A program made the translations under genes and the position numbers. DNA of 63,436 nt, filler included, from Vezdaea acicularis (taxonomy: Eukaryota), in NCBI GenBank assembly GCA_026025075.1. It is 7 parts of 7 records of this genome, joined end to end, with 100 filler letters (N's around TTAATTAATTAA, not from the genome) between each part and the next. Parts side by side here need not be neighbours in the genome. Positions count along the whole stretch, not along the records: positions 30,855 to 40,654 come from JAPEUI010000262.1; positions 40,755 to 50,553 come from JAPEUI010000263.1; 5 more parts are not named here. One strand, 5' to 3'. The notes under the pieces were generated by a model, which did not search any database, was not told the origin of the DNA, and saw nothing but the letters and a program-made list of their open reading frames with translations. Shown in pieces: positions 34,800-46,880 of this stretch. Position 1 is the first letter of the stretch. Every line of letters begins with the position of its first letter.

Positions 34800-36097
34800 G
34801 CACAGCCCATAGGCGCACGGGCGGGTATGTGTGCTTTTCTTGGAGTTTATTCTGGGCTTCTGGGGTTGGGGCTGTAAGGGAGGTTTTTGGAGGCTTGGCT
34901 GTGAACTTTCTTTCTCTGATGATCTGGGAGGGAGGCGGGGAGGGAAAAAGTTTCTGTTAGCCTAGCTCGCTCTGTTACGGACGACGACGGGGAGGAGTGT
35001 CCACACCTGCCGGCGCAGTAAGCAGCGCGGTAGCTGTTGCGACTACCGCTTTCCCGACTTTTTTTTCTTCCCGTGGACTGGCTTTTTGGTGGTGGGCGGA
35101 TTATTTATTTTTTCATGATTGATGGGACGGGATGCGGAAACGATATGATTCACGAAGCAAAGGCTCTTCTTCTTGCTGCTACAGTAGCTTTCTCTTCTGG
35201 CTGCGTCCGGCTGTGTTAGTATATCACTTTCTTCTTTCATGGCGAGGTGGGTGTGTATAATTCTACTGGCTTGTGGGCTTGTGGGCTTGTGAGATTGGGG
35301 GGTCGGGGGAATTATGAGATTGTGGGATTATGAGACTGCGGGCTTGTCTTGCGGACTTTGCTTGCTAGCTATATAGATAGCCAACCACAACATCTTCACA
35401 AATAGCTCATCAAATCAACTACTCGTAGCTCTTCAAGAGATTGATGCCTGCTCTGCGTCACGCCTGTTATCCCGTTTGCCTGTTCTGTGGAGGGAGGGGT
35501 TGTCACAGAGGAAGGCAATGATGGTGATGGTGGTGGATAAGGGTGGTGAGGGTGGGTTGCAAAAGGTGCATGCATTGGTGGGGCGTGACTACATACACTC
35601 ATCTCTCATCGCTTTCCCCTTTCCCCTTTTCCCCTTTCCCGCTTCCCGCTTTCCCCCTCCCTTCTCCCCCCCGCATCCACAATCTGCCCAACCAATTCAG
35701 TCCCCTCCGCCCCACAAACCAAACAACAGACACCCTTCACCCGGTACTCAAAAAAAAAGGAAAAAAAGCGAGACCAAAAAAACCCCCTCGCAGCGCAAAG
35801 TCGCTCGATCCGCCGCACAACCGCCCTATCCGAGCTTTAACCTCATGGGGCAAGATGGCCCACTCCTCGGTGCTCGTGAAAAAGGAGGCGGGGTGCGTGC
35901 AGAGAGTCAGGAGCCGCCGCTTAGTAATCCAAGGCTGACAAAGGGAAAGGAGAGGGAAGGAAAGGTGGGTGGGTGGTGGTGGTAATGATGAGGACGCAAT
36001 GGCCTCGTGCAGTCGTTGTTGGTGTAAAACGCCAACTCGAAATGAAGGAGGAAGTAGCCATGTTGGTAGCGGTGCGCCAGCAGCAACAGCAGCCATT

Positions 36098-37471
36098 CTA
36101 CTCCTCCATACGGCCAAAGACGCCGTCATACTCTTCTTCGACGTCGCTGCGCCCACGCCTCTCAAAGTCATCGTCTTCCTCGTCCGCCACGCTCTCCTCG
36201 CTGCCGTCCATGTTGACTTCGCGGCCCTTATACGCCTTGTAGTTGGACGGATAAATTTCTTCCGAGGGGTCATGGCCATGACCATGGTGGGGGGTAAAGC
36301 CGGCGCCGCCCTTCTCAGCTACGAAGCGTGCCGGGAGAGGCGGAACGGGCGGTACGTCGGGAGGGAGGGTCACGGGCCCGCTGCGGGGCGTGCCGAAGGA
36401 GCAAGAGAGTAGCTCTACAGCAGCGGCGACACTGGCCTCATCTTCTTCTGCGCCGGGGTGATAGTGCGTAAAGGAGGATGCGGCGGAGGGAGCGCTGCCG
36501 GCGAAAGTCGGCGCGGATTGATAAGAGCGTGAAAACCCGCTGCTGGCGCTGCTGTAGCGTTTTGAGCGCGCGGTGCGTGGCCGTGCTGAAAGGGGCGCAG
36601 TGGAGGATGGATCGTCAGCGCTGGTCTGCGGTGGTGGGGTTGTGTCTGTAGAGGACATGGCTTCCTCGTCGCGGAGACCGGACGAGCCCGACGCTGCTGG
36701 AGAGGCTGACGAGTGCGGGCTTTGGGGCGCCTTGAGTGGCTCGGGATCTTGATTCATCTGGACGAGTACTGAGGCTGCTTCGAGAAGTTGGACTTGTTGA
36801 TGCTTGGAGATGAGAAGCTTAGACGTGTACGACCACTCTGGCGTATGTTCCCACCTTCACAGAAACGTATTAGCGGATGGGTCAAGAATTGGATAAGTGA
36901 AGCATAACACATACAAATGTTTCGTCAAGCAGCTGCTGTGCTTATAGCCTTTCCCACATTTATCGCATCTCAGCTCTCCAGCGGTCACACGCTTCCCCTC
37001 CCCTTTTATCAACTGAGAGCCTTCACTTGCACGACGCATGCGCGCCTTGTTGGGGCTGTCTGGGCTTTGCATAGTTGATAAAGAAGGCCCATCTGTGATG
37101 GCCATGCCACTCTTCGACTCTGTACGGGGTGCATCGAAAATATTCGCGTGATTCGGGAGGCTGCTGGGTGGGGACGGGTAATTACCGTAAGTCGGGACCA
37201 ACCCATCCACAACCTTCGGTACCGAGCTATTACTTTTCGTCGTCAAGCTTCTCCGGTGAGAGGAAGGCAACGGCATCACGAAGGAGCCTTCGCCCGCTTC
37301 TTGTACAGCAGCGGCTACGGCTGCGAGGTTGCTACCATTCGAGGACATGCTCTTCCGGCGCGTCACACGGTGTGTCGGATTTATGGAGCCAACGGAAAGT
37401 GAATGCGAATGGTGTTTTGAATACGATTGTCGGATCGGTAGACTCGAGCCTGAATTTGAAGATGCTGACAT
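36098..37471 (-). CDS. Conserved fungal single C2H2 zinc-finger transcription factor
   Basis: Exons 37471-36915 and 36854-36098: CDKCGKGYKHSSCLTKHL/WEHTPEWSYTSKLLISKHQQVQLLEAASVLVQMN, HRVTRRKS, AVELLSCSFGTP, acidic end DGVFGRMEE. Confidence 0.9.
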
Positions 37472-40400
37472 ACGATGATGACTTGAAGAGCGCCGAGCTT
37501 GGGAGTCCTAAACAGTTCACGCGGGTCACGTCAGCTGGCTGATCAAAGGAGTCACGTAACCGAGTTTCGGGGCACCAACATGAGAGGAGGCCATGATCAA
37601 TTGATTTCAGAGTGACGGCCCTGAAATGTGCAGCTGTCCAAACTGCAATTTCAAGGGCCGTAATCACGAGTTAAGGCAAGATTGGAGAGTTCTTGGAATC
37701 GATAATTGCTCGAATGTAGTACACCTCCCCCAGCCAAGATGTTATAGCGTCAGAGGTCCCTGAAGTCGTGAAAATCGTGAGAACCGTTCAACGCCGTCGA
37801 AGAAAAAAAGCTGGCAGCTCGCAAGGTCTCGTCCGTATTGGTCGACAGATATGCAGGAGTCGTTTTCGAAAAGATAATTATATCTTTTGCAGAGCCCAGG
37901 AGACGGCCAACAGTCGCGAGGCGCAGCTACCGCGGGGTCCTGCAACGGCAGCGTTTCACGAAAGCGAGCGGCTGTTCGGAGGCCGGTCCACCGCACGCTT
38001 GCGTTGAATTAGCCTTGCGATGAAGACAGGATGAGCTGATAGCTTGGTAGAGCCGTGGGCGAGGTCGGTGGACGGTTTGTACAAGATTGATGGAGGTGGA
38101 GAGAGAGAAAAAAAAAAGTTGGAGAGGGTTGGATGCAAATGTGGAGAAAGGTCGAGGTGGTGCTCGGTGCGCGAAGCAAGGAAAGCTGTTCCCCGTCAGT
38201 GTCCGGGGCCGGCTGTCAGTGGTTGGCCGCAAGTCCAGAATTTGGGGCCCGTGGCGTAATCAGCGGCCCTGACTACAGCACCCACTAGCCGGCCAATAAT
38301 GTCATGCACGAGGAAAAGACGCCCTTCTCCCTTCCCCTCTTCACCCTTCACCAGCTCAGCAGCTCAGCATGTCGGCGACCCGTCTGTCCCACGTCTCTCG
38401 TCTCGTCTCCCCTCCGCAACAGGATTCAGAGCAGGCAAGACTGCGGACCGGCGAGGGCGAAATGCAGCGTTGCGGCAGAAAAAAAAAGAGACCGGACAGG
38501 CCGATCAGCGTTAGTCGCTGGCTTGTTCACGCGATGTTGCGGCCGCTGCAAAGGGTTTAGCCCCGCTCCGCTTGTCTTTCCCGCGGTCGGGAGGTGGCCC
38601 TGGCGACGCCCCAGCCTTTGCTTCGTTCACACACACTCCCTCTCTCCCCCTCCCACCTGAGCGCCAATGAGGATGGGTGTGGGTCGAAAGACACGGGCAT
38701 CAGCCTAGGAAAGGAAGGCCGGACGAACCACTGCGAACAGACTGGACGCGCCTCCAATCCCAGGCTTTGCGTCAGGCGATGACGATTTGGAGAGCTGGAG
38801 AATTTAAAGAGTCCCTGAAGATTAGCAGCAAGCAGCAGCACCAGCGGCAGCAGGAGGAGGAGGTTCCAGGAACTGAGAGCATCTGATCGAACCGAGGAAG
38901 ATACTGAATCAGGTTCCACGCACGAGGCAATAAGCTGATGACGCTTCCCGCGCAACAGCGTGCAGAAGCGGCGACAACAAAATAAACCAACCGTTCAATT
39001 AGTTCTGCTTTTTCCTCCGCTTTTTTCCTCCGGTCCCTCCGCCCCCCAAAACACTGAAACGTCGACAGGAACGGCCCCCGTCCGGTCGATGATCGATCGG
39101 ACGGGATTGCGAGGGCGCAGTGGACGGCGTCCCAGATTAGGTGCACGCAATCTCTCCGCGGGCGCCCCCCCTCTCCTCCTCTTCCAATGGTTGCCTGTGA
39201 GGCCATTCAGCCTATCATCCGCGTCTCGACTTGCCCTCCCACGCGCCTGAATACCAAGAGCCCACCGTGCTCGTTTGGGCCTCAGCAAGTGAACTCAACT
39301 ACCATCGTCTCTCATCCTCTGTATTGCACGCTCGTTCCTTTCCCTGCATGTCTGACATCCGCCATACGTCAAGACCCCGTAAGGACCGCAGAGGTGTTCG
39401 GCCAATGCCATGGCATGCTTATCGCTTGCGGTCGTGCGGCTGGATTGGAGCTCCGGCGGTTCCTGAGCAGCCCAGCTAACCAAGTTTTCTTTCATTGCAA
39501 GAGTTCTTCGGCCTCCAAAGGCGGCTAGCCGGAAGGAAGACCAGGCTTTCAGCGGTGTCGTAGGGCGAACAGTGGGTTTCAACTCTGAAGCCGGAATGTC
39601 TCCATGGCTTGATCATCCTGATGGAGCGTGGTGTACCTGGGAGAGATTCGGACTCGGGTTCAGATTCCACCTGGACATGAAGTTCCAACAGCCGCGCAAG
39701 TTGCGGCCGCCCGTCTGCAGCAGAGCCTGGTCCGTGCAGCAACAAGGGACCTCATCAGTGGAAATGATCTGCATTGGGTTTTCCTCTTTCCCCAGATATG
39801 GCGACAGGCACGAAAGCTTGAAGGTCCGAATAATGCCGCAGTAACGGAACGGTGTGGTCGGCGTACTGTAGCGCGAGGTCAAACGGCATGCGCAGTCCCG
39901 GGAGCGATCCGTGGGGTCGAGAACGGTCCGTCCTACGCCCAAACCGCAGCCGTAAAATGCCTCTCACGTCAATCCTGGTGCTGCAAGAGCGACCTCGCCG
40001 TCACTGTTTATGCGTTTTCTACTCTTTTCCTCTATGATTACCTTTCTGGTTGTATCGATAAGTCTTTTGCTCTCATGCTCATACGATCGCACAGCACGCA
40101 GACCTGTCCACGGTCTTCTCTTTGCCGGACGTGGTGGGACAAGACGGAACGCAAGGTTACTGAGTCTGGCATGAAGCTCCTGTAGGATAGCGCTAGATAC
40201 AATCCCAAGACATTTCCCAACTTCCGCTGAAGATGGCATGACCCGATAAACAAGCTCAGCAAGGTGCCATACTCACTTTTGAGGTGGTATTCCCGAAGCT
40301 ATAGTCAGTCCATCTGCGATTGGTCTCGTCACGACTGACCTATCCAATCAGCCAGGCCAACTCCGTTAACCGATCATCCGCTATGAAGAATTGCGTTATG

Positions 40401-40654
40401 TTATTCGCAATCGACTAGTTTCTGCCCTCTCGTCACCTGCTAACTCAAGTGGCTTTCTGCACGCAACTAGTCTGCTCAGCAAGGTATGATCAGCCATCGG
40501 CCGCTAAACTTTTTTGTAGCTTGCTCACCTGATGGATCTGCAACCGAACCAGACAGATTGTGCCAGAAGAGAGTCGGACGCCTCTCGAAGGTGGGTCTGC
40601 TTTTCTGGTTGGTCGAAGCCGTGAAGATTAAAGCTGCTGAAGTCGTCTTACAAC

Positions 40655-40754
40655 NNNNNNNNNNNNNNNNNNNNNNNNNNNNNNNNNNNNNNNNNNNNTT
40701 AATTAATTAANNNNNNNNNNNNNNNNNNNNNNNNNNNNNNNNNNNNNNNNNNNN
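40655..40754. other. Artificial contig spacer
   Basis: N44-TTAATTAATTAA-N44. Confidence 0.99.
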
Positions 40755-41466
40755 ATGAGTGTAATTGTAAGGCTGTGCCCCACATAAGAAAAGAGAGTGA
40801 TCTGGGAATGCTGGAAGACTGTATTCACCAGACTGGAGGGGGACGGTGTGAAGTGAGGTGAGGTAAGGTTAAGATTAGAGTGATAAATGTTGATAGGTCA
40901 CAGACGCGTGAGTTACCGCGGGAACGGCGGCCATCGCGTCACCAGGCCGAGTATGGACGAACTTATTTGGCGTGTAATCGGCAGCACATAAAGGTTAGAG
41001 ATTTCTTCTACACACGTACACCGCTATGCAGTACTTTGCACGCTGACAATGGTATCTCAGAAAGGTTTCTGCATTTGCAAACCGATTGTGAGAGATTGCC
41101 ATCTTACGGAGTCCACACGTTGCATCAGACCCATATCATTTACTACACTGCATGCATGAGGCTATACAACGCTGATATATAGGTTTGAAGGCTACACGGC
41201 GCAAGGAAATCTTCTCTAAGAAAACTCTAGGAGTTTTCTCCACAAGACCAAGCTTCGCCTTCGTAATTCGGCTTATGCCAATTGTGAACTTTGCAACTTT
41301 CGGTCACACTACATGGTGCAAAGAGTGCAAGACGGAGATAAGTACCTCAGCCTTCCTGACAAACGCTTTCCCCCTGGCCCCGCACAACTGTAATGAAGAG
41401 TAATAATAGCTTGACCTCCACAGCAGAATGGCCACTGGCAAGTGACAATCAGCCACTCAGCGATCC

Positions 41467-43293
41467 TTACAAATCATCTTCGTGTGGCTCTGGGAGCGGG
41501 CCAGTCGGATATGGCACAACAAGCTTCTGGAGCTCCTCATAATTCTCATAAGGCGGACAAGCGATGGCTCGAATGATAGGAGACTCCTCCTCTTCATGGA
41601 GCGATGTCTTCTTCAGTTCTTGGCTGTCGAGTATGGGCTCGTTCCCAATTTGCTGGTTGGTACCTTGTGCCGCGCTTTTCGCTATATCCTCCTCATCGTC
41701 CTTCTTCTCGTTCTCCTCATCCTCCTCAGCGGAATCACCACTGTTCGATAAAGCGTCGTTTGGCTCAATGTGCAGTCGATGAACCGCCTCCCAGTCTTCA
41801 CCAGGTAAGGAGAGGGCAGTGAGAAAAGTTGAGTCCTCTTTGTTTGCTGACGTCGAATTCATCTCCTGAGATTGAACACTTGGGTCCAACGCGGCTATTG
41901 CGGCGCCCGGATCTTGCTTCTTATTGCGTTTCTGCACCGCTCGGCGATGGCCACGACTCTTAAGATGCTTCTCCCAGTCCTCCTTCGTCACAGCGGTGGT
42001 ATTGCACAAGTTGCAGCTATTCCTGACCCACATGTCCCTACGATCACTGAGATCATAGTCTCTCCTCGGCGTCAGCAGCTCAGCGGCCAATGTAGAAAGA
42101 CCCTTAGGATCCGGAAGGTCCTGCCCCTCAAGGAACCGTCTCGTTATATCAATCGCAGGCTCTGCGACATTCTCGGACCACTTCTCTAGATCCGTCGTAT
42201 CAAGCAGAAAGATATTCTTCTTGGCCCCAGCACTCGCAAGGGCGTTCAAGAGCTTGATGCGGATCCATCGGACCTGGCGCTTCGCATACTGTCTAGTCGA
42301 AGCCCTGACGCGGTCGATGCTTTGGAGTAGCAACGCTTCTGACGCGTTCCCGGGAGAGCTTTTGCAGGCTTCGAGGTACGGTTCGAATTCTTTGTAGCCG
42401 ATGGAGACCCAGATGCCGCGCGTTCGATCGATCTCCTTGCCCTCTGCCACTTGCCGCTTGAGGTGCTCGTGCAGGGAGGTAACTTCGGAGATGAGCCCGT
42501 TCTCAAGCATCGTCCCGACTCTGTTGTCTAGTCGAGCTTTCAGCACGGCATCCGTGGCGTGTGGCCAGAAGAGTAGTGTCGGAAACCGAAGTTTGGCGGC
42601 CGCATCGGTGGTCTGAGCCGGCATGGTCCCATCCCCTGAATCCTCCTCCTCCGCCGTCGACGATCCCCCCTTCTTCTGCGCGTCGTAGACATCCGAAGCC
42701 TTCCTCCCCGTGGTCAGATAAATCTCCAACGACCTCTGAATCTTCCTCCGCTCATTCGGATGCCACCTCTCCGCCATGACCGGATCCACCCTCCTCAACT
42801 CCTCCAACACCCTCTCCGTCTCCTGCTCCAGCACCGGCCACCTTTCCTTCATCTCCCTCACCCCGCCGCTCCCTACCATCCTACCCCCAAAAAGCAGCGC
42901 TTGAGTATAATACCCCGTCCCACCCACCACAACCGGCACTCTCCCCCTCCCCCTGATCTCCTCAATAACCCTTCCCGCCCTTTCCACGAACTCCCCCACC
43001 GTCACCCCCCCTTCTTCCAGCCCTACCTGGCCTAGCAAATGATGCCGCACCCCCCCTCGCTCCTCCACGGGTATCTTATTCGTGATGATCGGCAGCCCGG
43101 AGTAGAGTTGCATCGCATCGCCATTGATGATCTCCCCGTTGAATTGACGCGCTAGTTCCACGGCGAGGCGAGACTTGCCGGTCCCGGTTGCGCCGATGAT
43201 GGCGAGTAGGGGTTGGTGTGGGATGGAGTGTGGTGCTGTCATGATGGGGAGGTGGCGGGGGATGTGTCGGATGGTGCTAAACAGCTGGTTCAT
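41467..43293 (-). CDS. MOD5: tRNA dimethylallyltransferase (Mod5/Tit1) with C-terminal zinc finger and acidic extension
   Basis: P-loop GATGTGKS, EIINGDAMQLY, IITNK, VVGGTGYY, SIGYKEF, TRQYAKRQVRW, finger CNLC…HLKSRGH. In-frame ATGs at 43293 and 43242. Confidence 0.95.
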   Translation of the reverse strand: MNQLFSTIRHIPRHLPIMTAPHSIPHQPLLAIIGATGTGKSRLAVELARQFNGEIINGDAMQLYSGLPIITNKIPVEERGGVRHHLLGQVGLEEGGVTVGEFVERAGRVIEEIRGRGRVPVVVGGTGYYTQALLFGGRMVGSGGVREMKERWPVLEQETERVLEELRRVDPVMAERWHPNERRKIQRSLEIYLTTGRKASDVYDAQKKGGSSTAEEEDSGDGTMPAQTTDAAAKLRFPTLLFWPHATDAVLKARLDNRVGTMLENGLISEVTSLHEHLKRQVAEGKEIDRTRGIWVSIGYKEFEPYLEACKSSPGNASEALLLQSIDRVRASTRQYAKRQVRWIRIKLLNALASAGAKKNIFLLDTTDLEKWSENVAEPAIDITRRFLEGQDLPDPKGLSTLAAELLTPRRDYDLSDRRDMWVRNSCNLCNTTAVTKEDWEKHLKSRGHRRAVQKRNKKQDPGAAIAALDPSVQSQEMNSTSANKEDSTFLTALSLPGEDWEAVHRLHIEPNDALSNSGDSAEEDEENEKKDDEEDIAKSAAQGTNQQIGNEPILDSQELKKTSLHEEEESPIIRAIACPPYENYEELQKLVVPYPTGPLPEPHEDDL

Positions 43294-43928
43294 CCCAGCT
43301 TTCGTTTTGAGGACATCGTCTGCGGCGGCCTGGGTAGGCGGCAGCTTGTGTCCGATTACCAATATACGGTCTTCAATATGCGGCCGTAGGTGCGGGTGGG
43401 TTTGTAAGTCGCAGTGATTGATACGCGTCCGACTAATCTGGCAGCGCAAGTCGTTTGTAAGGCAGGCTTCCAAGAAAGTGGTTCACGGGCAGACCTTGCG
43501 CTGAAGTTCGGGAGAGGTGAGAAGTTCGGTAGATCACTGCCTAACCGCCTCGGCCGCGTCGCTAAGCCCGCCAGCCAAGTCCCGCTTTCTCGCCAGCCCA
43601 GCTCCAAGTCTTAGGCGCGACGCGACGCAACCAGATATGGACCACGTGCAATGGGGTGGGTTCGTGGATTAGAAAATAGGATTCTCGTTATACATATCTT
43701 TCTAGACATACGACCTGCTCTAAAGCGCTAAAGTGGGGTAAAAAAAATAACTAGGATAATCGTAGTGAGAAAGATAGGAGGAAAGAATTGAAGCGTGCAT
43801 TACCCCCCACCTCCTCCCCCTTTCACTCTCCAAAAAGAACATTTAAAAACCCCCAAACCCAGTCTCCCCAAACCCATCTAGCCAAACCGCCTACTCCCCC
43901 CCCCCTTCCCCTCTTCTGCGCACATCCC

Positions 43929-46880
43929 TCACGAATACCCCTCTCCCCTCATCCTAACCGCCACCACAACGAGTACAACGATGCACACCACAAGCAGTAA
44001 TCCTACCCCACTCATCACACGATTGACACCACGCCACCACTTAGCATTCTCGAACCTTGCCTCATCCACCAGCCGGACTTCCCTCTCAAACCGACTTCTC
44101 CTGCGCGAGAAATCCGGGGACGTGGGCATGGAATACACGCCCTCCTCTTCCACATCAGGCGCCCGCCTCTCAGCCTTACGCTTGCCACCCCCCTTTTCCC
44201 GATCTGTCCGCCGACGCGGATCTTCGGGTAAAGGCCACACGGCCGCAACCATCCACGCGAGGGGCACCAAGAAGCCTAGACAGAACCCTAGGACTTGAAC
44301 ATTGCGACGGCCGCAGGGGCCTACGTCGGCGGGGCCGTCGAGTGGAGGGGGTTCCCAGATGCTGATTACAGTCGCGCGACGGTCTGGTTGGAGACGGGGG
44401 GTTGACCAGTTGAGTTCGCTGCGCGGACGGACGGGGTTGAGGCCCTCGTCGAGGTGGAAAGGGGGGTAGGTTGGTGCTTCTGCTTCTGCTTCGGCGCGGT
44501 GGGAGGGAAGGAGGAGGGATGGGCGGTCCATCGCGCGATCTGGACGGAGCGGAAGCGGGCGTGTCCGCTGCCCTTCTCCGCCTCGTTCGGGCGCGGTAGC
44601 GACCAGCTCGTCCATCAGCCGCGCGGAAGGAGTCCAATCCGCGGCAGCGGCCCCCCCTTTCCTCACACGTGTTTTGGGGCGGTAGATCGATAACGGCATG
44701 TTATCATCCACGGGACTACCCTCGTCGTCGTCGTCCCCCTCGCCCTCGAGTTCGGACGTCAAGGGCTCCTCCGTCGAACTCCCTGGCGCGCCGGGACTTA
44801 GTTGCGGTAGACGCAGCGCGGGTGGTGGAGAGAGGGTTGGGAGGGGTGGGGGTGCGGGCGAGCCGATGCCGTAGTAGGACCGTTTCGGGCCGTCGATGCG
44901 GTCGCGTATGCGTTGGTCTTCGTCGTCGGCGGTGCGGCGGGTGTAGCCCGGAAGCCGGCTGAGGCGTGAAGTCCGTGGTGAGGCGGGCTCTGCTCCGCTC
45001 CTGTCGTGCGGCGGCTCGGACGAGGATTCGGCGGCCGCGATGGCAAAGGCGTTGCCGCTCATTTTGGGGTCGAGGCGGGATTTGTAGCTGCTTTTCCGGG
45101 CGAGTTGGCCGTCGCGAGGCGGGGGGGTGGGGCGGCCGCCGGTGCTGGTTGGGGAGGGGGTTAGGGCCGGGTCGCGGTAGGACCAGTTGCGGATGTGGGG
45201 GCGGGTGAGGCGTTTGGCGGGGCGGAGGGGGCTGCCTTGGCTGGTTGTGTTGGCGGTGGTGGTGGGGCGCGGGCGGGAGTATGTGGAGGGGAGGTGTAGG
45301 ATGTCCGGGCTGGAGGAGGATACTTCGGCCAGGAGGGAGGAGGAGGGCGTTTGTGAGAGGTGCGGGACGGAGAGGGGCTGAATTTGGAAGTCGGGGGTGA
45401 GGGAGAGGCGGGGATGTGATGCGCCTTGGCTGTCTCGAGTAGGTTGTTGGTGTTGTTGGGGTAGAGGTTGTTGGCTTTGGTCGGCGGAGGCGGAGGGCGT
45501 GTGATGCGGGGGTGTGACCGGGTTCAAGGCGAGCGGCGTGGCGGAGACGCGGGGCGACGTAGGGGACGCGCCGGAGTTTCGGGGAGACATGGCGGGGCGG
45601 CGGCGGGGGATATGCAGCGCGGAGGTCGCCCATGAGCGCTGGCTGGTCGGCGCGCGCACAGTCGGGTACTGCACCTGTGGGGAACTCCGCGATTCCCTGA
45701 GCTGCTCTTGCGGTTGCTGCTGCTGCTGTTGCCGTGAGAGGCGCGACGAGAACAGTGGCAGCGGCGTCGTGCTTGCGCGTTGTGGGTCTAGCTGCGAAAT
45801 GTATGCGGACGAGGGCGGGGCAGGGAGCGGCGGCTCGGGGGTGTCCTTCGGCGGGGGCTGCGGCGGGACGGGCGGGGTCGTCGCGGAACGTTTGCTGCGC
45901 GTCGAGGGGGAGCGCGGGAAGGCGGAGTAGGTCGACGAGCGTCCGGAAGGGGTTGCTAAAGGTTTGTGTCTATGGCCTTGGAGGGTCTCGGACGAGGCGG
46001 AGGAGGCTACGGAGGACGAGCGTCGTTTGCGCGCCCCGCTGAAGAGAGCGCTGAAGGTGGCGGTCGTCGTGCTTTCGGGAGGAGGGCCGTGACGGGTCGG
46101 AGGAAGATCTCTGCTCTGTGTTGGGACGCTCGCGGGAAAGTAGGTAGGGAAAGGCGGTGGGGGAGAAGCTGATAGAGGTCGTCCTGAGCCCGCGGGGTAG
46201 TCGTCGCTGGACGACACCGGCGAGGGGAAGGAGGCATGTTTAAAGTCCGATTGCGTCGGTGAGAGCGCCGGTGATAGCGTCGGAGAGAGCAGAGGGAAAC
46301 GCGTTGTCGTCGTCGTCGACGCGGTGTAGGTCGTCCGTAGTGCGGTGGTTGCGGTCGCAGGAGGGTATGAGGGGTAGGATCGTGTCGCTGTGGTGAACGG
46401 ATAGACGGCCTCGCGGTCGTCGTCGGGTTTCGCGAATTGCCCGCGCGCGGTTTCAGGTGGAGAGGACGGATAGGGTGAAACGTCGGCTACGACGCGGGAG
46501 GTGCCCGAGGTGCGGCTTGGCGAGAGGATGTGCGAGGCCCGGCTGGGAAAGGGCGACGAGGCGAAGATGGAGCGCTCCGATAGGTTGAGCTGCGCGGGCC
46601 GGGATTGCGCTTGCGCTTGCGATTGCGATTGCGGATAGCCTTTCCACTCCCTATCGCGCTCCGCCCCGCCGCCCCCCTCCGACGCGGAATCGTACTCCTC
46701 CGCCCCTTCCGCCTCCGCCTCCTCCTGATTCTCGTCTTCGTCGTCGCTGTCCACCACCAGCCGGATGGACGAGTGCGATGCCGATGCGGACATATTCGCC
46801 GAATTCGTGTGCGAGGGGGATCGTTCGTGTAGTGGTCTTCGTTTTGGCGGCGATCGTGAAGGTGAAGAGCGGGTTTGCAT
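43929..46880 (-). CDS. Large Ser/Pro-rich protein with C-terminal membrane segments
   Basis: 983-codon single ORF. N-terminal RRPLHERSPS; C-terminal RRNVQVLGFCLGFLVPLAWMVAAVWPLP and RFENAKWWRGVNRVMSGVGLLLVVCIVVLVVV, typical of a conserved filamentous-ascomycete family. Confidence 0.85.
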   Translation of the reverse strand: MQTRSSPSRSPPKRRPLHERSPSHTNSANMSASASHSSIRLVVDSDDEDENQEEAEAEGAEEYDSASEGGGGAERDREWKGYPQSQSQAQAQSRPAQLNLSERSIFASSPFPSRASHILSPSRTSGTSRVVADVSPYPSSPPETARGQFAKPDDDREAVYPFTTATRSYPSYPPATATTALRTTYTASTTTTTRFPLLSPTLSPALSPTQSDFKHASFPSPVSSSDDYPAGSGRPLSASPPPPFPTYFPASVPTQSRDLPPTRHGPPPESTTTATFSALFSGARKRRSSSVASSASSETLQGHRHKPLATPSGRSSTYSAFPRSPSTRSKRSATTPPVPPQPPPKDTPEPPLPAPPSSAYISQLDPQRASTTPLPLFSSRLSRQQQQQQPQEQLRESRSSPQVQYPTVRAPTSQRSWATSALHIPRRRPAMSPRNSGASPTSPRVSATPLALNPVTPPHHTPSASADQSQQPLPQQHQQPTRDSQGASHPRLSLTPDFQIQPLSVPHLSQTPSSSLLAEVSSSSPDILHLPSTYSRPRPTTTANTTSQGSPLRPAKRLTRPHIRNWSYRDPALTPSPTSTGGRPTPPPRDGQLARKSSYKSRLDPKMSGNAFAIAAAESSSEPPHDRSGAEPASPRTSRLSRLPGYTRRTADDEDQRIRDRIDGPKRSYYGIGSPAPPPLPTLSPPPALRLPQLSPGAPGSSTEEPLTSELEGEGDDDDEGSPVDDNMPLSIYRPKTRVRKGGAAAADWTPSARLMDELVATAPERGGEGQRTRPLPLRPDRAMDRPSLLLPSHRAEAEAEAPTYPPFHLDEGLNPVRPRSELNWSTPRLQPDRRATVISIWEPPPLDGPADVGPCGRRNVQVLGFCLGFLVPLAWMVAAVWPLPEDPRRRTDREKGGGKRKAERRAPDVEEEGVYSMPTSPDFSRRRSRFEREVRLVDEARFENAKWWRGVNRVMSGVGLLLVVCIVVLVVVAVRMRGEGYS

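Noticed and set aside
43294..43473. Further TTG-initiated N-terminal extension of MOD5 shown in the ORF track
   Set aside because: No AUG and no targeting-like composition; most likely an open 5' flank.
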